Source of the DNA: a virus
Taxonomy: Duplodnaviria > Caudoviricetes
DNA length: 27,506 bases
Direction: 5' to 3' (one strand)
Virus record (IMG/VR): IMGVR_UViG_3300033076_000600
Coordinates: 1-27,506 of that record
Shown here one piece after another: positions 1 to 7,899 of the stretch. A program made the translations under genes and the position numbers. Each line of letters begins with the position of its first letter. Within the stretch, counting starts at the first letter, position 1. A model generated the notes under the pieces. It saw only the letters and a program-made list of their open reading frames with translations, was not told the DNA's origin and did not search any database.

Positions 1-1
1 T

Positions 2-325
2 CTGGTGCCGACGGCACTGTGGTTTGAAGCCAACCGTATCCTGAACTCCGTCCAGCAGAACGATACGGCGAACAACGCCATCAACGTCATCAAGGCAACG
101 AATATGTTCCCTGAGGGCGTGAAGGTGAACCACTACTTCAACTCCACGACTGCCTGGTTCATCCGCACGAACGTACCGCGCGGCATGACGTTCTTCTGGC
201 GCGACGAGCCGATGTTCGACAAGGACAACGACTTCGACACCAAGAACGCCAAGGCTGCGATGTACATGCGCTTCTCCGCCGGTTCCACGGACTTCCGTGG
301 CATCTACGGTACGCCTGGCCTGTAA
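2..325 (+). CDS. Major capsid protein, C-terminal part (Mu gpT-like HK97-fold family); 5' end outside the window
   Basis: The frame is open from the window edge. The C-terminus ...NHYFNSTTAWFIRT...DNDFDTKNAKAAMYMRFSAGSTDFRGIYGTPGL matches the typical end of gpT-like capsid proteins. It lies first in a structural operon. Confidence 0.85.
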   Translation: MVPTALWFEANRILNSVQQNDTANNAINVIKATNMFPEGVKVNHYFNSTTAWFIRTNVPRGMTFFWRDEPMFDKDNDFDTKNAKAAMYMRFSAGSTDFRGIYGTPGL

Positions 326-374
326 ACGCACGAACGTGCGTTGAGACGCGGGTCACCCTGGCAGGTGGCCCGCG
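325..374 (+). promoter_or_regulatory. Two adjacent stem-loops right after the capsid stop (mRNA stabiliser, attenuator or processing signal)
   Basis: AACGCAC-gaac-GTGCGTT at 325-342. CGCGGGTCACC-ctggca-GGTGGCCCGCG at 347-374, with one G-U pair. No U-tract follows. Confidence 0.55.
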
Positions 375-408
375 ATCCTGCATCCAAACCCCATAAGGAT
401 CGTCTCCC

Positions 409-1161
409 ATGCCGCAAAGAAATCCCACCAGGTTCCCCTCTGGCGTCTCGAACGTCGCTCGCGAGAAGCAGTTCGGCCGCATCCAGGTCTTCGACCCGTC
501 CCGCCACCACGTCTACTGGAACGACTTCGACACCTTTACGGCTGCCGACTGGGTCGTGACCGAAACCCAGGCTGGTGCCACGCAGGCCGTCGCCACCGGT
601 CTTGGTGGCTGGTTCGTGCACACGAACTCGGCAGCCAACGCGGACGTGTCGTCCATCCAGCTCGCGCAGCCTGGCTTCGCGTTCACGGACGGCAAGGCCT
701 TCTGGTGCAAGACCCGCTTCAAGGTCGATGATGCCACCAACGCATCGGTCGCCATTGGCGCGATGATCCTCGACACCTCGCCGATTGCGTCGGCCCCCTC
801 CGAAGGCATCTACTTCGCGAAGGCCGCCGCCGGTACGACGATGATCATGAAGGTGGGCAAGGCCAGCTCGTACACGAACTCCACGACCGTGGGCACGTTC
901 GCGGCCGACACCTTCTACACCGCCGGGTTCCACTGCGAAGGCAAGCAGTTCCTCAGCCCGACGACGGGTGTCAACAGCTACCGCTTCGACATCTTCTTCG
1001 GCACGGACGACAACCCGAACCTGGTCACGCGCCTGGAAGTCCCGACGACGAACGTGCCGGTTGGCACGCTCATCACGCCGACGATTGCCCTGCAGAACGG
1101 CACGGCGGCGGCGCGCACGATGACGGTGGACTACTTCGGCCTTGGCCAGTCGCGCTTCTAA
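409..1161 (+). CDS. Putative capsid decoration or head-associated beta-sandwich protein (250 aa)
   Basis: AAGGA Shine-Dalgarno upstream and strong phage codon bias. Thr/Ala/Gly- and aromatic-rich beta-strand pattern (YWNDFDTF, FWCKTRFKV, MTVDYF). Directly follows the capsid gene. Confidence 0.6.
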   Translation: MPQRNPTRFPSGVSNVAREKQFGRIQVFDPSRHHVYWNDFDTFTAADWVVTETQAGATQAVATGLGGWFVHTNSAANADVSSIQLAQPGFAFTDGKAFWCKTRFKVDDATNASVAIGAMILDTSPIASAPSEGIYFAKAAAGTTMIMKVGKASSYTNSTTVGTFAADTFYTAGFHCEGKQFLSPTTGVNSYRFDIFFGTDDNPNLVTRLEVPTTNVPVGTLITPTIALQNGTAAARTMTVDYFGLGQSRF

Positions 1162-1177
1162 CAAGGAGTGACGCCTC

Positions 1178-1588
1178 ATGGCTGACACCGTAACCACTGC
1201 CATCATCGCGAACGGGGCGCGCAACCTCACGGTGAGGTACACGAACTTCAGCGACGGCACCGGGGAATCTGGTATCGTCAAGTTCGACGCCACGAGCACA
1301 TCGAACGGCTACCTGGGTGTTGCTCCAGGCGTGAACGTGAAGGTGCAATGGATCACCTGGTCTGTGACCGGATCGGCGGCAGTCCGCATCCGGTGGCAGG
1401 CCACGGCCGACCAGGACGCCTTCATCGCCAGCTACAACAACACCATCGACTTCACGCCCTTCGGTGGGATGAAGCCGCCGTCGATTGCCGGTGTCACGGG
1501 CAGCCTGAAGTTCACGACGCAGGGCTTCGGTGTCGGCTCCGGCTACGACATCATGATCTGCTACGTGAAGGGTGTGCCGCAGACATGA
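1178..1588 (+). CDS. Conserved phage virion protein (136 aa)
   Basis: AAGGAG SD. The N-terminus MADTVTT...YTNFSDGTGESGIVKFD resembles a family I recognise downstream of capsid genes in environmental podoviruses. Confidence 0.7.
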   Translation: MADTVTTAIIANGARNLTVRYTNFSDGTGESGIVKFDATSTSNGYLGVAPGVNVKVQWITWSVTGSAAVRIRWQATADQDAFIASYNNTIDFTPFGGMKPPSIAGVTGSLKFTTQGFGVGSGYDIMICYVKGVPQT

Positions 1589-1872
1589 CGTATCGTCCTG
1601 GCGGGTTCTGGCGCATCTGCGACCGCACCGGTTTCAAGGTGCGGGCCGAGGATACGCAGGAGGAGTGGAACGGCCTCATCGTCGCGAAGAGCGTCTATGA
1701 GGCACGCCACCCCCAGGACTTCGTCAAGGGCCGCGTCGACCAGCAAGCAGTCAGGGGAGCCAGACCTCGTCCAGGGGACCTGGCTCCCTCCATGCCATAC
1801 GTCCTGGAGTCCGAAACCGACGGTGACGGCCTCCTGCAGGACGAGAACGATTCAGCCCTCCTGGTAGGTTAA
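1585..1872 (+). CDS. Small conserved phage protein (95 aa), CDRxGF...EWNGL...HPQ family
   Basis: ATGA overlap with the upstream stop supports the start at 1585 rather than 1348. Motif ICDRTGFK..EEWNGLIV..YEARHPQDFV..ARPRP. Confidence 0.7.
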   Translation: MTYRPGGFWRICDRTGFKVRAEDTQEEWNGLIVAKSVYEARHPQDFVKGRVDQQAVRGARPRPGDLAPSMPYVLESETDGDGLLQDENDSALLVG

Positions 1873-1874
1873 AC

Positions 1875-2258
1875 ATGGCCAAGCTCTCCTCCTTCTCGGC
1901 TGCAGCCAACCTGGTGGGAGCGCTTCTGCCGATCCTCCAGGGCGGCACCAACAAGAACCTCTCAATCTCGTCCCTGTTTTTGACCGGCAGCTCGGTGATC
2001 AACTTCGCCAGCGTCGCGGACAATGCAGTGTCGGCGACCTCGAACGTGTCGGTGACCGGAGCTGTAGCGGGGGACTTCGTCATCGGCGTATCCGCCAGCG
2101 GAGACATCGACACGACCAATGGCATCAGCCTGCATGGCTCGGTGACGGCCGCCGACACCGTCGGCGTGTTCCTGATCAACGACAGCGGCTCGCCGTTCGA
2201 CGCAGCCAGCCAGACCATCCGGGTCCTGGTCATTCCGAAAGCGGTGCTCGGCCTATGA
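1875..2258 (+). CDS. Small virion (head fibre or decoration-like) protein (127 aa)
   Basis: The N-terminal KLSSF...PILQGGTNK motif and the C-terminal VSVTGAVAGDFV...SVTAADTVGVFLIN..FDAASQTIRVLV beta domain resemble segments of spike and decoration proteins. Confidence 0.6.
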   Translation: MAKLSSFSAAANLVGALLPILQGGTNKNLSISSLFLTGSSVINFASVADNAVSATSNVSVTGAVAGDFVIGVSASGDIDTTNGISLHGSVTAADTVGVFLINDSGSPFDAASQTIRVLVIPKAVLGL

Positions 2259-3226
2259 CAAGCTCCGGCGTAGCCACCCTCAACCCATCGATGCTGTCGA
2301 TCCTGACGACGGCCTTCTTCAAGGCTGGCATCATCCGCGACGACGAGGTCATCGGGGCCGACAAGCGGGCAATGGGACTCACGATCCTCAACGAGATGAT
2401 CAAGAGCTGGCAGGCCCAGAACATCCGCGTGTGGACCGAGGAGGAGGCAATCCTGTTCCTCAGCCCCAACCAGTACCACTACCGGCTCGGCCTGACCGGC
2501 GACCACGCCACGGACGCCTGGGCGTACCTGGAGACGGAGGCGACCGCTGCCTCCGCGGCTGCGGCCACGACGATCACGGTGTCCTCGACCACGAAGCTCG
2601 ACGGCACGACGCTGGCGATTGGCGACAACATCGGCGTCGAGGTCACCGGAGACGACGTCGAGTGGACGACGGTGGCGAACGTCGCTGGCCTGGTCGTCAC
2701 CCTGACGGATGCCCTGACCGTCGCGAACTATGTCGGGGCGAAGGTCTTCGGCTACACGTCCAAGATCATCCGGCCGCTGAAGGTCAGCCGCGCCTCGTCG
2801 GTCCAGTTCAACTCCGCAGGGGCAACGGTCACCGAGACCCCGATGCGCGTCTACTCCCGCCAGGAGTACATGGACCTGCCCACCAAGACGAACACCGGCA
2901 ACCCCAACATCATCTTCTATTCGCCGAAGCTGCCGTTGGGCGAGGTGTTCATCTGGCCTGCGGCCGAGGACCCCGACACTGCGATCCGCTTCACCTACTC
3001 CAGGCCGATCTTCGACTTCGTGGCGAACAGCGACACGGCGGACTTCCCACAGGAGTGGCAGGAGGCGTTGACCAGCGGCCTGGCCCTGCGCCTCGCCCAG
3101 GCCTACCAGGCCCCTGCGACCCGCATTCAGGTCCTGGAAGGCCTTGCGACGGCGACGGCCCAGATACTGATCTCCTGGGACCGCGAGCCCGAATCCATCA
3201 GCTTTGTTCCAGACCTGGAGGGGTAA
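2255..3226 (+). CDS. Head-to-tail adaptor (P22 gp4 / tail tubular A-like) with an internal beta-rich insertion (323 aa)
   Basis: ATGA coupling. N-terminal helices (ILTTAFFKAGII...LTILNEMIKSW), ...IWPAAED.. and DFPQEWQEALTSGLALRLAQAY are typical of this adaptor class. Precedes the gp10-like gene. Confidence 0.75.
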   Translation: MTSSGVATLNPSMLSILTTAFFKAGIIRDDEVIGADKRAMGLTILNEMIKSWQAQNIRVWTEEEAILFLSPNQYHYRLGLTGDHATDAWAYLETEATAASAAAATTITVSSTTKLDGTTLAIGDNIGVEVTGDDVEWTTVANVAGLVVTLTDALTVANYVGAKVFGYTSKIIRPLKVSRASSVQFNSAGATVTETPMRVYSRQEYMDLPTKTNTGNPNIIFYSPKLPLGEVFIWPAAEDPDTAIRFTYSRPIFDFVANSDTADFPQEWQEALTSGLALRLAQAYQAPATRIQVLEGLATATAQILISWDREPESISFVPDLEG

Positions 3227-4644
3227 TGGCCCAGATACCCTTCGCCCTGGAATCCTACATCAGCCGCGCGCGCCCGGTGTCGTCGCAGCGCCTGCTGAAC
3301 CTGTACTCGGAGCTCCAGCCGGAAGAGGTCAACGCCAAGTCGAAGGTCGTGCTGTTCGGCGCGCCTGGCCTGGTGGAGTTCGCGCAGGTGGGCACCGGCC
3401 CGATCCGGGCGATGCACATCCTGAACGAGTACGTCTACGTCGTCTCCGGCAGCCAGTTCTACCGGCTGGCCTCCGATGGCTCATCGTCCTTGCTCGGCTC
3501 CGGCCTTCTGGCTGGCACGGGACCGGTGTCCATCGACGACAACGGCGTCGAAGTTGGCGTCGTCGATGGCACAGCCGGGTTCATCTACAACTCCGACAAC
3601 TTGACGTTCCAGCAGATCAGCGATGTGAACTTCTACCCGGCCAACACGATCAGCCACAACGAGACGTACTTCCTGTTCGACCGCAAGAACACCAACCAGT
3701 TCTTCAGCTCGGATTCGATCCAGGGCCTTGTCTACAACCCGCTGTTCTATGGCACCGCCGAGTCCCTGTCGGACTACGTCCTGGCGACGATCAACCACCT
3801 GCAGCAGCTCGTGGTGGCCGGGCAGCGGTCCATCGAGCTCTGGTATCTGGCGGGCGGCGAGAACTTCCCCTGGGCCAAGTACACGGGTGCGGCGATCCAG
3901 GTTGGCATGGCCGGTCCGTTTGCCTGGACGAAGGTCCGCGAGGCGTTGCTGTTTATCGGGAACGACCGCAATTTCTACCGGCTTGAGGGCGTCAATGCTG
4001 TGCGCGTGTCCAAGCACGCGACGGAGCAGGAGTGGGCCAACTACGGCGACATCTCGGACGCGTTCTGCTTCTCGATCACCTGGGAAGGCCACGACTTCGT
4101 CTACATCACCTTCCCGTCGGTGCCGAAGACCTGGTGCTTCGACATGACCACCGGGCTCTGGCACGAGCGGGAGTCGACGGACGAGAACAACCTGCCGCTC
4201 GGCCGTTGGCGCGCGAACTGCTACGTCGCGGCGTTCAACCGGCACCTGATCGGCGACTACTCCAGCAACGTCATCGGCTACCTGTCGTCGACCGTCTACA
4301 CGGAGTACGGCAACACGATCAAAGGCCTGGCGCAGGGTTCGCCCATGCACAAGAACGGCAACCGGGTGTTCATGCCCAGGTTCGAGCTCGACGTGGAGGC
4401 TGGCATCGGCCTGGAAACAGGCCAGGGCAGCGACCCGCAGATCGTGCTCAGCGTGTCTGACGACGGTGGTCACACCTTCAACCAGGTCAAGTGGGCCTCG
4501 ATGGGCCGGATCGGCCAGTACAACGCCAGGCTCCGCTGGTGCGCTATGGGCTCCTTCTACCAGCGCACCATGAAGCTGGAGGTGTCCGACCCGGTCCGCC
4601 GCACAATCATCTCGTCCTTCGTGGACCTGGAGGCCGACGAATGA
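3226..4644 (+). CDS. Packaged-DNA stabilisation / tail hub protein (P22 gp10-like, 472 aa)
   Basis: TAATG overlap with GGAGG SD gives the true start at 3226. Beta-propeller-like sequence with hallmark motifs EGHDFVYITFP, TWCFDMTTGLWHER and SVSDDGGHTF...MGRIGQYNARLRW. Confidence 0.9.
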   Translation: MAQIPFALESYISRARPVSSQRLLNLYSELQPEEVNAKSKVVLFGAPGLVEFAQVGTGPIRAMHILNEYVYVVSGSQFYRLASDGSSSLLGSGLLAGTGPVSIDDNGVEVGVVDGTAGFIYNSDNLTFQQISDVNFYPANTISHNETYFLFDRKNTNQFFSSDSIQGLVYNPLFYGTAESLSDYVLATINHLQQLVVAGQRSIELWYLAGGENFPWAKYTGAAIQVGMAGPFAWTKVREALLFIGNDRNFYRLEGVNAVRVSKHATEQEWANYGDISDAFCFSITWEGHDFVYITFPSVPKTWCFDMTTGLWHERESTDENNLPLGRWRANCYVAAFNRHLIGDYSSNVIGYLSSTVYTEYGNTIKGLAQGSPMHKNGNRVFMPRFELDVEAGIGLETGQGSDPQIVLSVSDDGGHTFNQVKWASMGRIGQYNARLRWCAMGSFYQRTMKLEVSDPVRRTIISSFVDLEADE

Positions 4645-4796
4645 GCGACGACAAGCAGAACGATCTCCCGGTCATCACAGCCGTCGGCAACATCAGGATG
4701 CCCCTGGGCAGCCTCGTGCGTCCGGTGCCCCCGCCAGGAAAGGAGGTGGCCGATGACAATCCAACTGTCGACGGCGCTCAGAAACGCGAGGGTTGA
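4641..4796 (+). CDS. Hypothetical 51-aa protein
   Basis: ATGA overlap with the gp10-like stop and GGAGG SD upstream. Its 3' end overlaps the next gene by 44 nt. Confidence 0.45.
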   Translation: MSDDKQNDLPVITAVGNIRMPLGSLVRPVPPPGKEVADDNPTVDGAQKREG

Positions 4797-5160
4797 AGTC
4801 CTCGACACCCTGTTCCCGGCGGTCTTCCTGTTGGAGTTCAGGTCCGGTACGCAGCCCGCAACTTGCGCCTTAGCCTCGACTGGCACGCAGCTCTGGGCTG
4901 CCAACGTCGGCGGGGCCAACTGGCTGGCCGCGGCATCTGGCGGGTCTGCCTCCTACAATTACGCAACCCTGGGCGCGATCACCGGGACCTGCCTGGCCAC
5001 CGGCACCATCGGCTATTTCAGGATGTCGTACGCAGGGAGCTGCTTCATGCAGGGCTCCTGCGGGACCAGTGCGACCGACTTCGTGTTCAGCTCCGTCGAC
5101 GTGATCATCAACCAGGTGATCAACGTGACGTCGCTCTCGTTCACCGAGGGAGGTGCGTAA
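4753..5160 (+). CDS. Conserved small virion / minor tail protein (135 aa)
   Basis: Strong AGGAGGT SD. The MTIQLSTALRNAR...RSGTQPA...ATGTIGYFRM...QGSCGTS pattern is typical of a widespread phage structural family. Confidence 0.75.
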   Translation: MTIQLSTALRNARVEVLDTLFPAVFLLEFRSGTQPATCALASTGTQLWAANVGGANWLAAASGGSASYNYATLGAITGTCLATGTIGYFRMSYAGSCFMQGSCGTSATDFVFSSVDVIINQVINVTSLSFTEGGA

Positions 5161-5231
5161 TGGGCGGCCAGGCTTCAACCTTGAGACGAATATTTGCGGG
5201 GCATACAAGGGCCGCAGGAGGCCGATCATGA
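5160..5231 (+). CDS. Possible 23-aa micro-ORF (MGGQASTLRRIFAGHTRAAGGRS)
   Basis: Starts by TAATG overlap with the upstream stop, has GGAGG just upstream, and ends by ATGA overlap with the next start. Confidence 0.35.
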   Translation: MGGQASTLRRIFAGHTRAAGGRS

Positions 5232-5446
5232 CCGCTGAAGCGCATTTCATCACCTGCACCAAGGGCCACACGATTGCCGCGACGAAGTCGGGTGACGATG
5301 ACGTCGCGCCCGCGGTCATCAGGTACTACGGCGGCAAGTGCATGTACTGCGGCGGCGAGCTCTCGGCGGTCCCGGCAACCGTCAACGATTACGAAGCCTG
5401 GTCGACCCGCAGCGACCAGCGATACGCAGGAAGTGGAGCGCCATGA
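5228..5446 (+). CDS. Small putative Zn-ribbon protein (72 aa)
   Basis: AGGAGG SD before ATG 5228. CTKGH ... CMYCG ligand pairs. ATGA overlap with the next gene. Confidence 0.6.
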   Translation: MTAEAHFITCTKGHTIAATKSGDDDVAPAVIRYYGGKCMYCGGELSAVPATVNDYEAWSTRSDQRYAGSGAP

Positions 5447-5799
5447 GCCAGGAATCCTCGATCAATCCCCGCGTGGCGGGGCGGTTTTACGTTGGCACGG
5501 ACGGTGGCTTCAACGCCCACCAGTACGCCGACATGATCATGACAGCACTGTTCGAGAGCGCGAAGCACGCGCCCCAGCCGCTGAAGACCCAGATTCTGGA
5601 GTTCAAGCTCCAGGCCTTGGACATCGTCTATCGGCACGTCGCCGAAGCGATGGCCGATGCGACCCGTCGCGTCGGCAGACAGTACGAGCTCAACGAGAGG
5701 AAGAAGGCCCGGCTGCTGTTGCCATCCGGCATGGGCCAGAGGCTTGACCAGGGTGGCGTATGGGACGAGGCGACGACCTCTCCAGACGGAAACAGATAG
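5443..5799 (+). CDS. Conserved hypothetical phage protein (118 aa)
   Basis: ATGA overlap and GGAG SD. Helical segment GGFNAHQYADM...HAPQPLKTQILEFKLQALDIVYRHVAEAM resembles a family seen in phage tail regions. Confidence 0.65.
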   Translation: MSQESSINPRVAGRFYVGTDGGFNAHQYADMIMTALFESAKHAPQPLKTQILEFKLQALDIVYRHVAEAMADATRRVGRQYELNERKKARLLLPSGMGQRLDQGGVWDEATTSPDGNR

Positions 5800-5808
5800 G
5801 AGACTACA

Positions 5809-6294
5809 ATGGCACTTTTCGCTTCTGCCCGCACAGCGGTCACCCCGTCGACGACGACCGGATCGACGGACGCCTTCTTCATCACGGCTCTGACCAGCCG
5901 CAAGATGAAGATCAACGAGATCAGCCTGATCGGCAACGCCTCGACGTCGGCCTCTGCGGCCTATGTCGAGTACGGCGTTCGCGTCGCGACCGGCGCTGCC
6001 GGTGCGGCTGGCACGGCCGTCACGCCGGTCAAGCTGGAGGCTGACTCGGCCTCGTCGGTGTGCTTCACCAACTTTGGTGTGACCACGGACGCCACCGCGG
6101 CCACTGCCTTCATGGCCGTCGGCTGCAATATGTACGGCGGCATCTACCGCTGGACGGCCCGCCCGAACGGCGAGATCGTGCTCCGCAGCATCGCCGGTAC
6201 AGGCGCTGGTGCGGCTGGCTCGATCTGCATTCGCCAGGCCACCTCGCTCACGTCCGGTGCGTACACGATGCACACGGTGTGGGACGAGCTCTAA
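5809..6294 (+). CDS. Beta-rich structural protein (161 aa), paralogue of 7405-7875
   Basis: AGGAG SD and strong codon bias. Ala/Thr/Gly-rich. Shares TxVTPV, GG-x-Y-x-W and terminal aromatic-acidic motifs with 7405-7875. Confidence 0.7.
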   Translation: MALFASARTAVTPSTTTGSTDAFFITALTSRKMKINEISLIGNASTSASAAYVEYGVRVATGAAGAAGTAVTPVKLEADSASSVCFTNFGVTTDATAATAFMAVGCNMYGGIYRWTARPNGEIVLRSIAGTGAGAAGSICIRQATSLTSGAYTMHTVWDEL

Positions 6295-6300
6295 GCGTTC

Positions 6301-6323
6301 GCAGGGGGCAGCAGGCCCCCTGC
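6301..6323 (+). terminator. GC-rich hairpin, possible weak terminator or processing site
   Basis: GCAGGGGGC-agcag-GCCCCCTGC is a perfect 9-bp stem just after a stop codon. It is followed by CTCTCTC rather than a U-tract. Confidence 0.5.
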
Positions 6324-6349
6324 CTCTCTCATGCTTGAGGTCACCAGCG

Positions 6350-6643
6350 ATGGCGGCAGCGCTGCCCCGTTTCAGAGTTGACGAGCTCGGTGACCTTCTC
6401 GTCACGCGATACGACATGAGGCGTGGGGATACGGTCCCCATGCACACCCACACACCTGAGTCGGAGCACATCACCATCGTGGCGCTGGGGGCCATTTCCC
6501 TGAAGGGCCCGAACCTGGACAAGCGCCTGGAGGCTGGCGAGATGTTCGACTACGCCGCCGACCAGCAAACACATGAGATCGTCGCGGTATCGGACAGCGC
6601 GGTCGTCTTCAACATCCCGAAGAAAAAGGCCCCCACCGAATGA
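6350..6643 (+). CDS. Cupin-domain protein (97 aa)
   Basis: GAGGT SD before ATG 6350. Cupin motif 1 GDTVPMHTH..SEHITIVALG and motif 2 LEAGEMFDY...THEIVA. Confidence 0.8.
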   Translation: MAAALPRFRVDELGDLLVTRYDMRRGDTVPMHTHTPESEHITIVALGAISLKGPNLDKRLEAGEMFDYAADQQTHEIVAVSDSAVVFNIPKKKAPTE

Positions 6644-7395
6644 CGGCTCCAACATTCAGTGCAAAGGGAACGGCAGCCGGTGGCAACACGGACCCGTGTA
6701 CCGGGATCGCCAACCCTCAGCCGACATACCCGACGCTGAGCAGCGGCGACCTGATCATCCTTGCTGTCACGGCCAATGCCATTACAGGGTCGATTGACGT
6801 CATCAGCCCTCCCTCCGGGTTCAGCATCATCGACGAGACTGGCGGCGGCACGTCAAGGATGTATGGCACTTACTACAAGGTTGCCAGCGGGTCAGAGAGC
6901 GGCGCGGTGGAGACAACTCTCACCATCTCCGGAACCACGTCGTCCGGAAGAACGCTCGCCCAGTTCTACAGGATCATCAACAACGCCACGTCATCTGTGC
7001 TTGATGGCACAGTGGGAACGGCGACGGGCACGGCGGCGACCTCAATCGGCATGCCAACAGCCCCTGGCGGCGGCACCACGTCCGCGGCAAACCAGCTTGC
7101 AGTGGCCGTCGTCTATCTCTCCACCAACACGACAATCGGCAGCTCCGCTGGTGAAAGCGGTGGTGACTGGACGGAGGCAGCCGCCGAGGATGGCGCGGTC
7201 ACGGGAACGATCCAGATGCAAACCGCGGCGCTGGCTTCATCCGGCGCGCAGATCACTGGTGGCAACGCTACTTCTGGTGCATCGACCACCTACAGGACTG
7301 TCGGATTTGTCGTAAAGGAGCTGACGGCTGCTGCGAGTGGCCGATCTGTCGCCCTCAACATCAACCAGGCCGTCAATCGGTCGTACACGTACTAG
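6640..7395 (+). CDS. Ser/Thr/Gly-rich putative tail-tip or adhesion protein (251 aa)
   Basis: ATGA overlap. Beta-rich, with SGDLIILAV..PPSGFS..YYKVASGSESG motifs seen in minor tail proteins. Codon usage is less GC3-biased than neighbours. Confidence 0.65.
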   Translation: MTAPTFSAKGTAAGGNTDPCTGIANPQPTYPTLSSGDLIILAVTANAITGSIDVISPPSGFSIIDETGGGTSRMYGTYYKVASGSESGAVETTLTISGTTSSGRTLAQFYRIINNATSSVLDGTVGTATGTAATSIGMPTAPGGGTTSAANQLAVAVVYLSTNTTIGSSAGESGGDWTEAAAEDGAVTGTIQMQTAALASSGAQITGGNATSGASTTYRTVGFVVKELTAAASGRSVALNINQAVNRSYTY

Positions 7396-7404
7396 GAGAC
7401 GAAC

Positions 7405-7875
7405 ATGGCAGCAGTTGGCTACAGAATCACCACTGGCGGTGCCGTTGCCCTCTCGGCCGCGACCGCGAAGACGGTCCTTGGGATCAAGGCGCACGCGAAC
7501 TCCGGCATCAACCTGAAGGAGTTCAAGATCGCGTTCGACGGCGTCACGGCCTCTGCCGTCCCGGTCCTGATCGAGCTCTGCTACTCGACCTGGGCGACGA
7601 ACTCGCCAGGCACCAACTCGACGTCGGTCACGCCCGTGCAGCAGTATGGGCGCGTCCTGACCGTCGGTGCGACGGCGGGCAAGACCTGGACAGCGGAGCC
7701 CACGACGCTCACGGTCATCGAGGAGTTCCTGCTCAGCCCGAACGGCGGTGTCATCGCGTACCAGTGGCCGCTCGGCACGGAGCCGGATACAGCCCTGGGC
7801 GAAGGCTTGGCCCTTCGCCTGACGGCACCGGCCTCTGTCAACGTCCGCGGAACGATGCTGTTCGAGCGCAACTAG
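7405..7875 (+). CDS. Beta-rich structural protein (156 aa), paralogue of 5809-6294
   Basis: AGGAG SD and strong codon bias. Motifs STSVTPV, GGVIAYQWP and MLFERN. Confidence 0.7.
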   Translation: MAAVGYRITTGGAVALSAATAKTVLGIKAHANSGINLKEFKIAFDGVTASAVPVLIELCYSTWATNSPGTNSTSVTPVQQYGRVLTVGATAGKTWTAEPTTLTVIEEFLLSPNGGVIAYQWPLGTEPDTALGEGLALRLTAPASVNVRGTMLFERN

Positions 7876-7899
7876 CGCCTCTGAGGGAGGCCATGAAGC

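Noticed and set aside
1348-1584. Upstream extensions of track ORFs 1348-1872, 4491-4796, 5338-5799, 6209-6643, 10062-10889 and 10832-12334
   Set aside because: They overlap upstream genes in another frame or lack an SD. Downstream ATGs with SD or stop-start overlaps are better starts.
2431-3225. N-terminal 265-aa extension of the 737-aa ORF in the track
   Set aside because: It is an Arg/His/Gly-rich off-frame read through the adaptor gene. The real start is at 3226 (TAATG overlap with SD).
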